Assembly (NCBI GenBank): GCA_043759365.1
Contig: JAYVNB010000097.1
Span: forward strand, 1 to 45,187
Direction of reading: 5' to 3'
DNA length: 45,187 nt
Source: Bacteriovoracaceae bacterium
Lineage (GTDB): Bacteria; Bdellovibrionota; UBA1018
A program made the translations under genes and the position numbers. This document shows positions 8,298-18,171 of this stretch, piece after piece. The number at the start of each line of letters is the position of its first letter. The first letter of the stretch is position 1. Below the pieces are notes generated by a model, which was not told where the DNA came from, ran no database searches, and was given only the letters and a program-made list of their open reading frames with translations.

Positions 8298-10760
8298 GTG
8301 ATTTCCCGCATCGGATCTCTTCATTCGTTTTTTGTCTTGATGGTCTGCGTATTTGCGGGGACCTGTTGGGTTGCGCCCACAGTTTCCGCTGTACCCTCGG
8401 TAACAGTACCATCCGCCGCATCCACAAAATCGCCGGTTCGCATCCGCGCGCGGACCCGAAATGTCGCAATCCATAAACCGATTGATCCGGCAGTGAGCGC
8501 CAGTGCCGCAGTCGCAGCGATCACCCCGTTTCAGGGGAAAGTCGTTGGAACGGTGGAAGTTCAGGCTCAAAAGCGTATCGAACGAGATGCGATCTTGAAC
8601 AAGATCGGAACAAAGCCTGGTCAGCCGCTTTTGGCCGAGTCGGTACGTTCCGATATTCAGGCGATGTTCGGAATGGGCTTTTTCGACGATATTTCCGTCG
8701 CTGCCGAAGCAGGTCCTAGCAACACAGTGAATCTCGTCTACACAGTTCGCGAGCGTCCTGTGGTCTCGAAAGTGGACTTTCAGGGAAATGAGCGAATTTC
8801 GACTTCGGATCTGAAGGACGTGGTGAAGGTCAAGGAATGGTCCATCCTGGATGTCGCGAAAGTGCGCGAGGACGTAGCGCTTCTTCAGAAGCATTATGAG
8901 GACAAGGGATTTTACCTGGCGAAAGTGAGCTTCGAGCTCAAGCCGGGACAGAATGACGATGTGGAGCTGACCTACAAGGTCAACGACTACGAAAAGGTCC
9001 AGATCAAGAAGATCACTTTCTTGAACAACAAGAGGTTTTCGGACGAGCAGTTAAAGTCGGTTTTTCGCGAGACGAAGGAGGGGGGCGCGTTCTCCTTCTT
9101 GAACGGATCAGGAAACTTCAAAGAGTCGGCATTCAAGCAGGATCTCCAGATTCTGACGCTCTGGTACCTGGATCACGGATACGTAAAATTCCAGTACGAA
9201 AACCCAGTGGTCACGATCAGTGACGACAAGCGATTCCTGTATCTCACGCTCTATGTCAACGAGGGTGAGCAGTATGTGATGGGTACCCAGGATTTCAGTG
9301 GCGACCTCTTATATCCCAAAGAGGACCTCAAGAAAGACGTCACATTGCTTGAAGGTGAGACCTTCAGCATCACCAAGCGCAACTTCGACATCCAGCGATT
9401 GACTGAGAAGTACCAAGACCTGGGTTACGCTTTCGTCAACGTAGTCCCGAAAATGAACGTTCACGATGACACTAGGAAGGTGGACATCGAATATGGTTTC
9501 GAAAAGGGCAATCTCGTTCACTTTGGCGAAATCAGCGTCCTCGGCAACTCGAAAACCCACGACAAGGTGATTCGGCGGGAGCTGAAGATCGCCGAAGGTG
9601 AGCTCTACAGCGGTACCAAGCTTCGGCAGTCCCGTGAGAACGTCGAACGACTTGGTTTTTTCGCTCCCGGTGAAGTCATCTTCAATACCATTTCCCCGAA
9701 AGGGAAGAGCGACATCCTGAATGTCGAGATTTCGGTCAAAGAGCGCTCCACCGGCACCATCACGCTCGGGGCGGGTTATGGCAGCGTGCAGAAGTTCTTC
9801 TTTACCACTCAAGTGGCGGAAATCAACTTGCTGGGACGTGGGCAAAATCTCAGCCTGACTGCCCAACTGGCGGCCGATCGCTCCTCCAAGAGTTTTAATC
9901 TCGGATTCACCGATCCCTACTCGTTTGACAGTCGCTGGTCGCTGGGTTTCGACCTCTACTTTGTCAATTTCCCAATTCCGGACAATTACACCACTCGGAA
10001 GCTCGGCTTCAATCTGCGAGCGGGTTACCCGATTCTCGAGTTCACCAACGCCTATGTCACCTACAAGAATGAAGGCGTGAAGATCGAGGATCCACTGGTC
10101 CCTTTGACCGCGGATGACTTGTCCGACCAAGGGATCTTGTCGAGCTTGGTCTACAGCGTGATTCGCGACAAACGGAACAATCGGTTTGAAACCACCGAAG
10201 GCAACTATCAGAGTGTCTCGCTCGAGACTGCCGGTTTGGGTGGAGACAAGCGCTTCATTAAGTGGACAGCGAACAACCGTTACTATCAGCGCATCATCGG
10301 TGATTTGGTTTTCCGGAACAGTTTCGAATACGGCCAGATCGAGCCTTTGAGCGGCCGCGCAGTCCCGACCTCGGAGCGGTTCTTTCTCGGGGGTCCGAAC
10401 AATCTCAAAGGATTTCAGCTTTACTCGGTCGGTCCAAACCGAATCGTTCCGAGTGTGGGCAATCCGAACGTCTTGGTCCGGAAGCCTCTGGGTGGCAACG
10501 CTCAGTTGTTCGGGCTCTTCGAGCTCGAGTATCCCCTGGTTCGCGAGGCAGGCCTGAAATTTGTGACCTTCTACGATGTCGGCAACTCATTTTCAGAGTT
10601 TCCGACGTCGGGGAATTTCACAGTTCGCTCGGATGCCGGCTTTGGTTTCCGTTGGTTTTCACCGATCGGGCCCCTTCGGTTTGAGTGGGGATTCCCTTTC
10701 GCCAGGAAGCCAAACGAAGACACTTCGGTGTTCAATTTTTTCATCGGCCCTCCGTTTTGA
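8298..10760 (+). CDS. bamA: Outer membrane protein assembly factor BamA
   Basis: 820 aa. GTG start with a signal-peptide-like N-terminus, POTRA-type repeats (e.g. VRERPVVSKVDFQGNERIS), a C-terminal beta-barrel with RFFLGGPNNLKGF and a terminal aromatic residue (..FFIGPPF). Sits in the skp-lpxD context. Confidence 0.92.
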   Translation: MISRIGSLHSFFVLMVCVFAGTCWVAPTVSAVPSVTVPSAASTKSPVRIRARTRNVAIHKPIDPAVSASAAVAAITPFQGKVVGTVEVQAQKRIERDAILNKIGTKPGQPLLAESVRSDIQAMFGMGFFDDISVAAEAGPSNTVNLVYTVRERPVVSKVDFQGNERISTSDLKDVVKVKEWSILDVAKVREDVALLQKHYEDKGFYLAKVSFELKPGQNDDVELTYKVNDYEKVQIKKITFLNNKRFSDEQLKSVFRETKEGGAFSFLNGSGNFKESAFKQDLQILTLWYLDHGYVKFQYENPVVTISDDKRFLYLTLYVNEGEQYVMGTQDFSGDLLYPKEDLKKDVTLLEGETFSITKRNFDIQRLTEKYQDLGYAFVNVVPKMNVHDDTRKVDIEYGFEKGNLVHFGEISVLGNSKTHDKVIRRELKIAEGELYSGTKLRQSRENVERLGFFAPGEVIFNTISPKGKSDILNVEISVKERSTGTITLGAGYGSVQKFFFTTQVAEINLLGRGQNLSLTAQLAADRSSKSFNLGFTDPYSFDSRWSLGFDLYFVNFPIPDNYTTRKLGFNLRAGYPILEFTNAYVTYKNEGVKIEDPLVPLTADDLSDQGILSSLVYSVIRDKRNNRFETTEGNYQSVSLETAGLGGDKRFIKWTANNRYYQRIIGDLVFRNSFEYGQIEPLSGRAVPTSERFFLGGPNNLKGFQLYSVGPNRIVPSVGNPNVLVRKPLGGNAQLFGLFELEYPLVREAGLKFVTFYDVGNSFSEFPTSGNFTVRSDAGFGFRWFSPIGPLRFEWGFPFARKPNEDTSVFNFFIGPPF

Positions 10761-10996
10761 GTCTGGGGTCGCCAGCTTTGATTGGGAAAGCTTAAGCCGG
10801 GTTCATCGTGGCTCGAGGACTTAGATCCAGGTCAATTGATCGGATCCAGGGACGAGTGGATGCGCCGGGTTTGAACTACTGCCGCTCGTTCGTCGGACAC
10901 TGCTCGAGTGAAAACTCCCCGAAATGGTTGAGTTTAATTGCCGAATGTGTTTCCTTTTCCTTCTACCTCAGCTCTTTTTGGAAGGAGAGTCCCCTC

Positions 10997-11524
10997 ATGC
11001 GCAAGAATATCCTGATGATCCTGGCCGCCACTTTGGCCCTCGGAAGCAATGCCGCTCGGGCCCAAGACGCGACCACTAAAATTGGAACCGTTGACATGCA
11101 GAAGGCGCTGCAGTCCGTGGAAGCGGGCAAGAAAGCCAAGTCCCAACTCGAGAAAGAGTTCAACGCCAAGAAGAAGGAACTTCAGGCCGAAGAAGCTTCC
11201 ATCAAAAAAATGGGCGAAGAATTCAAGAAGCAGTCGTTGGTCATGAATGATGAGGCCCGTGCGAAGAAGCAGGGCGAGCTTCAAGAGAGAATCATGAAGT
11301 TCCAGGAAACCACAGGGCGCTCGCAGCAGGAGATCCAGGTGAAGGAGCGCGAGCTGACGGAGCCGATCATTGTGAAGTTGCGCGGCGTGATCGGTGAAAT
11401 CGCCAAGCAGAAGGGCTACGGCGTCGTGCTCGAGAAGAATGAGAATACTGTCCTTTTCTCGCAAGAGAAGGACGACTTGACCACCGAAGTTGTGACTGCT
11501 TTCAATAAAGGCAATAAAGGCTGA
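10997..11524 (+). CDS. skp: Periplasmic chaperone Skp/OmpH
   Basis: ATG 10997 is codon 64 of ORF 10808..11524, preceded by ggaaggagag. Signal peptide MRKNILMILAATLALGSNAARA, then the K/E/Q-rich coiled region typical of OmpH. Located between bamA and lpxD. Confidence 0.88.
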   Translation: MRKNILMILAATLALGSNAARAQDATTKIGTVDMQKALQSVEAGKKAKSQLEKEFNAKKKELQAEEASIKKMGEEFKKQSLVMNDEARAKKQGELQERIMKFQETTGRSQQEIQVKERELTEPIIVKLRGVIGEIAKQKGYGVVLEKNENTVLFSQEKDDLTTEVVTAFNKGNKG

Positions 11525-12597
11525 TGTCCTTCGGCGTGGATGAGATCCTGGCCTGGACCGGAGGGCGCGTCGTCAATGGCGCGGCTCTGGGAGAGGCAGT
11601 TGCCAGGGTGCGCGTGATCAAACCGGCATCCTTGGCGGGCTCGGGCCCGGAGGATGTCGCTTTCTTTTTTTCGCGGGAATACCAGGGGGAGCTTCCCTTG
11701 GCGAACCCGGGCGTATTGATCACAGCGGCTCCATTTTGCAAACCCCTGGAAACCTCGGGGCTGGCGATCTGGAAGAAGTCTGTAGTCATCGCCTGCGAAG
11801 ACCCTTACCTGGCGATGGCCATCCTCTCCGGGAAGTTCGCGCCAGGGTTGTCGACCGTCAGTCATCAGTCTCGCTCCGAGGAGCTTCGTCATCCAATGGC
11901 GTGGATTGCGCCTGAAGCCAAAATCGGAAAGAATGTTCGGATTGCCGCCCATTGTTCAATCGAGGCTGGGGCAGAAATTGGCGATGGAACCGTCCTCTAT
12001 CCCGGTGTCACGATCGGACCTGGGGCGCGCGTGGGACAGGATTGCGTTCTGTTTCCCCATGTTGCGGTTTACGAAATGGCGACGCTAGGGGACCGTGTCC
12101 GGGTCCACGCTAATTCAGTGATTGGTTCGGACGGCTTTGGCTACGCCCCGCGTCGCGACGGGCAACAAGTGGTCGGTCACCAGAAAATTTATCATCTCGG
12201 TCGTGTGATCATCGGAGATGATGCCGAGATCGGCGCCTGTGTGACGATCGATCGCGGCACGTTCGGCGACACTCTCATCGGTAAGAACGTGAAACTCGAT
12301 AACCAGGTTCATATCGGGCACAACGCGCAGTTGGACGAAGGCGCCGTGATTTGCGGTGGATGTTGTTTAGCAGGAAGCTCAAGCGTGGGGCGCTACGCCT
12401 ACATGGGGGGGCTTTCCGGGGTGAACAACAAAGTTCATGTGGGGGACGGCGCGCAGATTGGCGCCCTGACTATCGTCACCAAAGACGTCAAGGCGGGGGG
12501 CAATGCTTTGGGTACTCCTCAGCGCGGGTTTCGCGAACACCTTCAAGTGCACGCCTACTTGAATCGACTTTACGCCGACCGCAAGAAGAAGGAATAA
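11524..12597 (+). CDS. lpxD: UDP-3-O-(3-hydroxyacyl)glucosamine N-acyltransferase
   Basis: Left-handed beta-helix hexapeptide repeats, GSDGFGYA motif, 357 aa. The ATG shares one base with the skp TGA (TGATG). Confidence 0.92.
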   Translation: MSFGVDEILAWTGGRVVNGAALGEAVARVRVIKPASLAGSGPEDVAFFFSREYQGELPLANPGVLITAAPFCKPLETSGLAIWKKSVVIACEDPYLAMAILSGKFAPGLSTVSHQSRSEELRHPMAWIAPEAKIGKNVRIAAHCSIEAGAEIGDGTVLYPGVTIGPGARVGQDCVLFPHVAVYEMATLGDRVRVHANSVIGSDGFGYAPRRDGQQVVGHQKIYHLGRVIIGDDAEIGACVTIDRGTFGDTLIGKNVKLDNQVHIGHNAQLDEGAVICGGCCLAGSSSVGRYAYMGGLSGVNNKVHVGDGAQIGALTIVTKDVKAGGNALGTPQRGFREHLQVHAYLNRLYADRKKKE

Positions 12598-12603
12598 GTC
12601 GTC

Positions 12604-13113
12604 ATGGAACACCGTCTTGGAATCGAACAGGTGCGTCGCTGGCTCCCTCATCGCCAACCCTTCCTGATGGTCGACCGCGTGCTGGAAATTCATCCAGTTG
12701 GGGATCTGAAGGATTTGACCTGGAACAGCTCTAAGAACGGGATCAAAGTCGTCGGAATCAAGAACGTGACTTACAACGAGCCGATGTTCGCAGGTCATTT
12801 TCCGAATTTCTCGATTTTTCCTGGGGTGATGATCATCGAAGCGATGGCCCAGATGGCGAGCTTCTCGGTTTATCCATACGTTGAATATGATCTTGAACGG
12901 GTCGCGCAAAGTCTCCAATGTATTCTGGTCGGAGTGGATGGGGTGCGGTTTCGCCGACCTGTAGTTCCGGGCGATACGCTCCGAATCACTACCGAAGTCA
13001 GCAAATGTCGCGGCAAGATCTGGGCGTTCAACGCTCAGGCGCATGTCGAGGGCACGCTCGTCGCCGAAGCCGAACTGATGGCCAATTTGACCTTCAACAC
13101 GGGGAACCCATGA
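12604..13113 (+). CDS. fabZ: 3-hydroxyacyl-ACP dehydratase FabZ
   Basis: LPHRQPFLMVDRVLE and FAGHFPNFSIFPGVMIIEAMAQ hot-dog motifs. Confidence 0.95.
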   Translation: MEHRLGIEQVRRWLPHRQPFLMVDRVLEIHPVGDLKDLTWNSSKNGIKVVGIKNVTYNEPMFAGHFPNFSIFPGVMIIEAMAQMASFSVYPYVEYDLERVAQSLQCILVGVDGVRFRRPVVPGDTLRITTEVSKCRGKIWAFNAQAHVEGTLVAEAELMANLTFNTGNP

Positions 13114-13883
13114 TTCATCCAACCGCGCAAATCCATCCCAAGGCCGAGCTTCATCCCACGGTCGAAGTCGGCCCCTGGTGCACGGTGGGCCCTCGCGTCC
13201 GCATCGGCAAAGGCACGAAGCTCGTAAGTCACGTCGTGGTCGATGGTTGGACCGAGATCGGCGAAGACAACGTGATTTTTCCTTTCGCGGTCTTGGGCGC
13301 GGTTCCTCAGGACTTGAAGTACAAGGGTGAAGAGACTCGCGTAGTCATCGGAAACCGGAATAAGATCCGAGAGTCGGTCACGATCAACTTGGGAACCGTT
13401 CAAGGCGGCGGCAAGACGGTCGTGGGGGACGATTGTCTCCTGATGGCCTATACCCATCTGGGTCACGACTGTATTTTGGGCAATCACTGCATCATCGCCA
13501 ACTTCGGTGGTCTAGCCGGGCATGTGACGGTGGAGGACTATGCATTCCTGGGCGGCATGACCGGGGTTTCGCAATTCGTCCGCGTGGGCGCCCACAGCTA
13601 TGTGGGCGGCCAGTCAGGAGTGGAGCGTGACGTGCCTCCCTTCACCATAGCGCTCGGATCCCGTCCCTGTACGATCAAAGGGTGCAATATCGTCGGCCTT
13701 CGCCGGCGAGGGTTCACTGCTGAGACGATCACTCGGATCAATGAGACGATCAAGCTCTGGAATCGCCCGGACATCCAAAAGGAACAATGCCTTCTGGAGA
13801 TCGAGAGCCAGTACGGCGAAGTGAAAGAGATTCAGCAGTTCGTGGCCTTCATCCGAGCCAGCGAAGTGGGAGTGGTCCGCTAG
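13110..13883 (+). CDS. lpxA: Acyl-ACP--UDP-N-acetylglucosamine O-acyltransferase
   Basis: ATG 13110 is codon 65 of ORF 12918..13883 and makes an ATGA overlap with the fabZ stop. MIHPTAQIHPKAELHPTVEVGP hexapeptide repeats and a helical C-terminal domain. Confidence 0.93.
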   Translation: MIHPTAQIHPKAELHPTVEVGPWCTVGPRVRIGKGTKLVSHVVVDGWTEIGEDNVIFPFAVLGAVPQDLKYKGEETRVVIGNRNKIRESVTINLGTVQGGGKTVVGDDCLLMAYTHLGHDCILGNHCIIANFGGLAGHVTVEDYAFLGGMTGVSQFVRVGAHSYVGGQSGVERDVPPFTIALGSRPCTIKGCNIVGLRRRGFTAETITRINETIKLWNRPDIQKEQCLLEIESQYGEVKEIQQFVAFIRASEVGVVR

Positions 13884-13909
13884 TGCCCTCGTCGCGGCCA
13901 GGATCCTGA

Positions 13910-15139
13910 GTGAAGATCTTGATCTCGGCCGCCGAGGCATCTTCCGATGTTCATGGGGCGGAGCTTCTAAAGGCGCTGAAGGCCAGGGTCCCTGCATCCA
14001 CGGAGCTTTCCGTTTTCGGAATCGGCGGACCGGAACTCCAAAAGGAGGGGTTGCGCACCTTGGTCGACGCGCGCGAGCTCCTTTCGATGGGTTTTTTAGA
14101 AATTTTCTCGCGCCTGCCGAAGATATTCGCAGCATTGGAGACTTTGTCCGCAGCAGCTCGAGTGGAGAAACCCGATGTGGCGGTCGTGATCGACTATCCG
14201 GATTTCCACTTCCGTCTCGCCCGACGCTTGAAAGCCATGGGTATCCCCGTGGTTTACTACATCCCCCCGAAAGTCTGGGTATGGCGGAAAAAGAGGGTTC
14301 GGCTTTTGAAGGAACTCTTCAGTCGGATCCTCTGTATTTTTCCGTTTGAGGAGACGTTTTACCGGCGCGAGAACGTCGCGGTCAGCTATGTGGGCAATCC
14401 TTTGGTGGATGAGCTCCCATTGGAAGTCAGTCGAGCGGAGTCCAGAGTTCGGATGGGACTGGGTGGCCAGGAAAAGGTTCTGTGCTTGATGCCGGGAAGT
14501 CGTCCATCGGAACTCAGGCGACATTTGGAACCGATGTTGGAGGGTTCGGTGAGGGCTGCGGCCGAAATGCGCGCCCGAGGCGCTTTAGGTTCCCAGGAGG
14601 CGCTGACGCTCTTGATTCCTTTGCCCGGCACCGCCGATTTGGCTGACTTCAGCGAGCGCGTGCGTTCTTGGGAGCGTCAAGGAGGGTGGGATCGCGAAGC
14701 AAGCATCGTCCGTGTGCGCGTTTCGCAGGGGGATGCCGCTTTCGCTCTCAAGGCTGCGGATGCCGCGATGGTGAAGTCGGGAACATCCACGTTGGAAGCT
14801 GCGCTGCTCGGTTGTCCCCATGTCGTGATGTACTTGCCAAACGCCCTCTCGTGTTGGATTTTCAAGAACATCATCCGCTACCGCGAACCGGTCGGACTCG
14901 TGAATTTGATCCTTCGGGACGCCGAAAACCGCCCCATTCGCATCACCGAGGAGCTCCTGTGCAAACAGGCCACCGTGATTCGGTTGGCAGAGGAATCGGT
15001 CAAGCTCCTGACGGACGGGGCATTGCGGATGCGTATGATCTCCCAGTTCGACGAACTGAGGCGATTGATCCGCGCGGGGTCCGACGGGGTGGGTCCAAGC
15101 GCGCGCGCAGCGGACGAAATCCTGAGCCTGGTGCAGTGA
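13910..15139 (+). CDS. lpxB: Lipid-A-disaccharide synthase
   Basis: GTG start. MKILISAAEASSDVHGAELLKAL, VVIDYPDFHFRLARRLK and SGTSTLEAALLGCP are typical of LpxB. Confidence 0.9.
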   Translation: MKILISAAEASSDVHGAELLKALKARVPASTELSVFGIGGPELQKEGLRTLVDARELLSMGFLEIFSRLPKIFAALETLSAAARVEKPDVAVVIDYPDFHFRLARRLKAMGIPVVYYIPPKVWVWRKKRVRLLKELFSRILCIFPFEETFYRRENVAVSYVGNPLVDELPLEVSRAESRVRMGLGGQEKVLCLMPGSRPSELRRHLEPMLEGSVRAAAEMRARGALGSQEALTLLIPLPGTADLADFSERVRSWERQGGWDREASIVRVRVSQGDAAFALKAADAAMVKSGTSTLEAALLGCPHVVMYLPNALSCWIFKNIIRYREPVGLVNLILRDAENRPIRITEELLCKQATVIRLAEESVKLLTDGALRMRMISQFDELRRLIRAGSDGVGPSARAADEILSLVQ

Positions 15140-16107
15140 TGTCCGCGATCCTGCTGAGACTTGTCTCGGCGCTCTGGTCGACAGTGAATGCCGCAATACG
15201 GCTGGCGACGAGGCGAGGTTGGGTCGGCAGTCGTAAGCTTCCAGCCCGTGTCCTATCGGTCGGCAATCTTCAAGTGGGTGGAGCGGGCAAAACTCCTCTC
15301 GTGGCGCTGATTGCCCAGGAGGCGATTGCGCGGGGTCAGCAGGTTTGCATTTTGTCGCGGGGTTATGGAGGGATTTGGGAGGCGAATGGAGGCGTGATCG
15401 CGCCCGGGAAAGAACCGGCTCATCCGGCTCTTTGCGGTGATGAGCCTGCGCTCCTTCATGAACTCGCGCCCGGGGCCTGGATCGGAGTGGGTCGGGATCG
15501 AATCCGGCAGTTTGAAGCAGTCTTGGTTCAAGCCGCTTCCCCTATGGACAGCGTGATCCTTGACGACGGTTTCCAGCATTGGAAAATCTGGAAGGACGTT
15601 GAAATTCTGGCCATGACCTCGCAATCGCGAGGGGCGCGACTCTATCGGGAGTGGGACGGAGCAGCCCGCTGGGCCGACTTGCGGGTCTGGACCAAAGGGG
15701 AAATTCCGCCGCGCGGATGGGGCGAGGGTCCGGGCGCCTGCGAGGATGTTCGCGTTCAAATGCGTCCGCGGGTAAGGATGGGCGAACTCATTTCTTCGAG
15801 GAAGTTTTGGCTCGTGACTGGCCTTGCCGACGGCCACTCGGCACGCCGATCAATCGAAGCGGAAAACTTTCAGGTAGTACGGCACTTGAGTTTTCCCGAC
15901 CATGCCCGGTATGCCTCTCCGGTGGTGAAGCAGATCCTGGAGGATGCCTGGAAAGCCGGAGCCGTGGTCGCAGTCACCGGCAAGGATTGGGTCAAATGGA
16001 AGGATCTGGGGCTCGATGAGTCGAGGGTCGTAGTGCTCGAACCCGAGCTTGAGATGCTGGAAGGGAGGGAGAAATGGCTCAAAACGCTTTGGGGAACATC
16101 CTCCTGA
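15139..16107 (+). CDS. lpxK: Tetraacyldisaccharide 4'-kinase
   Basis: ATG 15139 is codon 158 of ORF 14668..16107 and shares a base with the lpxB TGA. P-loop VGNLQVGGAGKTP, ILSRGYGG and DDGFQH motifs. Confidence 0.9.
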   Translation: MSAILLRLVSALWSTVNAAIRLATRRGWVGSRKLPARVLSVGNLQVGGAGKTPLVALIAQEAIARGQQVCILSRGYGGIWEANGGVIAPGKEPAHPALCGDEPALLHELAPGAWIGVGRDRIRQFEAVLVQAASPMDSVILDDGFQHWKIWKDVEILAMTSQSRGARLYREWDGAARWADLRVWTKGEIPPRGWGEGPGACEDVRVQMRPRVRMGELISSRKFWLVTGLADGHSARRSIEAENFQVVRHLSFPDHARYASPVVKQILEDAWKAGAVVAVTGKDWVKWKDLGLDESRVVVLEPELEMLEGREKWLKTLWGTSS

Positions 16108-17006
16108 CGCTCCTTCGCGGTTGTGCCTACGCGTATGGATTTCAGTCCAGCCGCCTGCGCGCCTTTTGGGGCGAATGCCTGGGTCTGGGTCTTCGGGGGG
16201 CGGGTTTTCGCCGCGAGGTGATCGATAGGAATCTTGGAATTGCTTTTCCAGGCGAAGCGCAGCTTTCGCTGCGTTCGAAGCTCGTCGGCGGGTGCTATCG
16301 GCACTTGGGTATGTTGTTCCTGGATGTCCTCCTGGTGCTGGGTCCGTTTCGTCGTCACTGCGAGAGAAATGGCATGATTCGGGGATTCGAGAATTGGCAA
16401 AGCGCCCGAGCTCAGGGTCGCGGAATCCTCTTGCTCGCCAGCCACGTCGGCAATTGGGAAATCATGGCGGCTACGGGCGCTTTGAACGGCATCGACGGCC
16501 TTTTGGTCACCAAGCATCTGAAGCCGGAGTGGCTGCATCGCGCGATCGAAGCGGGGCGCCTGACTTGCGGTGTGAAGGGAACCTATGAGCCTCGAACTTT
16601 GAGGGATGTCTTGGCTCACCTCAAGCGAAACGGGACGGTAGGGTTCGTATTGGACCAGTTTACCGGTGCCCCTGTGGGAGTGCGCGTGCCTTTTTTCGGG
16701 GTTCCAGTGGGAACCCATACTGCGCTCGCCACTCTCGCCAAGAGGACGGGGGCGCCCGTTTTGCCCGTGGTCAATTTTCGTACTGCAGACGGCCGGCAAA
16801 TCATCGAAATTGGGAAGCCGGTTCCGTGGGAGTCGCACCCGAATCCAGCCGAAGAGCTGGCTCGCAACACCGCTCGCTACGTGGGAATCATCGAAGCGGA
16901 CGTTCGCGCCCACCCCGATCAATGGCTTTGGACCCATCAGCGCTTCAAAGGCGACCTTTCGCCTCTCAAGCCGGGAGAGTGGGCGGAAGGCCGCTTGCGC
17001 TCTTGA
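16074..17006 (+). CDS. Lipid A biosynthesis (late) acyltransferase, LpxL/HtrB (LPLAT) family
   Basis: 310 aa with NLGIAFP and ASHVGNWEI (H-x4-E/D acyltransferase motif). Overlaps the lpxK 3' end by 34 nt. Confidence 0.8.
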   Translation: MAQNALGNILLTLLRGCAYAYGFQSSRLRAFWGECLGLGLRGAGFRREVIDRNLGIAFPGEAQLSLRSKLVGGCYRHLGMLFLDVLLVLGPFRRHCERNGMIRGFENWQSARAQGRGILLLASHVGNWEIMAATGALNGIDGLLVTKHLKPEWLHRAIEAGRLTCGVKGTYEPRTLRDVLAHLKRNGTVGFVLDQFTGAPVGVRVPFFGVPVGTHTALATLAKRTGAPVLPVVNFRTADGRQIIEIGKPVPWESHPNPAEELARNTARYVGIIEADVRAHPDQWLWTHQRFKGDLSPLKPGEWAEGRLRS

Positions 17007-17067
17007 AGGCGGCCTATTGGGAGACGCGCTCGACTTTAAAAAAACCATCTCCTACACTGGGTCTTCT

Positions 17068-18171
17068 ATGCGGCTGAGTTCGACCCGTTCAATGTCCTCT
17101 CGATTCCGCGTTTCGTTCTGTGCCAGCATTCTGCCCCTGGTCTGCGGCTGCGCTAGCGGCGGGCTGAAGCCGCTCGGCGGCGATGCCCGGCTTCCGAAGG
17201 AACTGCCCAAGGAGATGGTTGAAAGGTTCGAGGTGAAGGAGGTCCGCTCCATGGGTCCTTCCTCAAGTTCGGCAACGGTTCCTTCGGCTAGGCCGTTGTC
17301 CAATTCCTCTGCGCTTGGCGACGCGGGCCTAGGGTTCGGAGTGCTCAAACCCAAGCACCCCTTAAATCGCGCGAGGAAGCCGTTCGTTCCCGTGCCAATC
17401 GCTTCGTCGGTTGCGGCATCGACGTACCCTTCCAAAAAGCCGTTCGCCGATCCGATGTGGCTCGGAGAGCAGCACGTCTTCTCGATCACCTATTTCGGGA
17501 TGGCTGCTGGCGAGCTTACTCTGGACGTGTTGCCTTACAAGATGCTCAACAGTCGCAAGGCCTACCACATCCGCGCAACCGCGGTGAGCTCGACGGTGTT
17601 CAGCCTTTTTTACCGGCTCAATGACACCGTGGAGACTTTTATGGACTACGAGGGATTGTTCTCCCATCGATTCCATCTGGTGCTCGACGAAACCAAGCAG
17701 ACCCGTGACTCCCTCGAGTTAAACGATTCCGAAAGAGGCGAGACGTACTATTGGAACCGCTGGAACCATGTCGAACGGGGCTTGACGGAGAGTAAGGAGT
17801 TCAAGCCGATGACTCCGTTTTCCCAGGATAGCCTCTCCGCTCTCATGTACCTGCGCCTCGTTCCCCTGCCTGATGGTGCTGTCATCACTTTTCCTGTGAT
17901 GTCGGAGGGGAGGGGTTGGGAAGCCGTGGTCACGGTCTTGCGCCGTGAAGTGATTCAGACACCGTTCGGGCGTGTCAGAACAGTGGTGGTCAAACCCGAA
18001 ACGAAGTATCAAGGAGTCTTGAAGAAGAGTGGCGACAGCTTTCTTTGGCTCACTGACGATGATCGCCGCTTCATTGTGAGGCTGGAGGCGAAAGTGAAGA
18101 TCGGAACGGTCGTAGCCACTCTCAAGGAAGTCAAAAAGGGGACCCCTCCCGATGCCACTGTCTCCCCCTGA
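17068..18171 (+). CDS. DUF3108-like exported protein (possible lipoprotein)
   Basis: ATG 17068 is codon 135 of ORF 16666..18171. N-terminus MRLSSTRSMSSRFRVSFCASILPLVCGCASGG. The central FSITYFGMAAGELTLDV... and beta-rich C-terminus fit my recollection of DUF3108. The lipobox is not canonical. Confidence 0.6.
   Translation: MRLSSTRSMSSRFRVSFCASILPLVCGCASGGLKPLGGDARLPKELPKEMVERFEVKEVRSMGPSSSSATVPSARPLSNSSALGDAGLGFGVLKPKHPLNRARKPFVPVPIASSVAASTYPSKKPFADPMWLGEQHVFSITYFGMAAGELTLDVLPYKMLNSRKAYHIRATAVSSTVFSLFYRLNDTVETFMDYEGLFSHRFHLVLDETKQTRDSLELNDSERGETYYWNRWNHVERGLTESKEFKPMTPFSQDSLSALMYLRLVPLPDGAVITFPVMSEGRGWEAVVTVLRREVIQTPFGRVRTVVVKPETKYQGVLKKSGDSFLWLTDDDRRFIVRLEAKVKIGTVVATLKEVKKGTPPDATVSP

Noticed and set aside
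10824-10850. Direct repeat gatccagg (x2) flanking the palindrome tcaattga in the bamA-skp spacer
   Set aside because: It is short and unique in the window, and cannot be distinguished from chance without comparative data.
12379-13122. 247-aa minus-strand ORF
   Set aside because: It is antisense to the lpxD 3' end and fabZ. It has no motifs, and the plus-strand genes are unambiguous.
15870-17048. 392-aa minus-strand ORF
   Set aside because: It is antisense to lpxK and the LpxL-like gene, both of which carry clear family motifs. It is a typical GC-rich shadow ORF.
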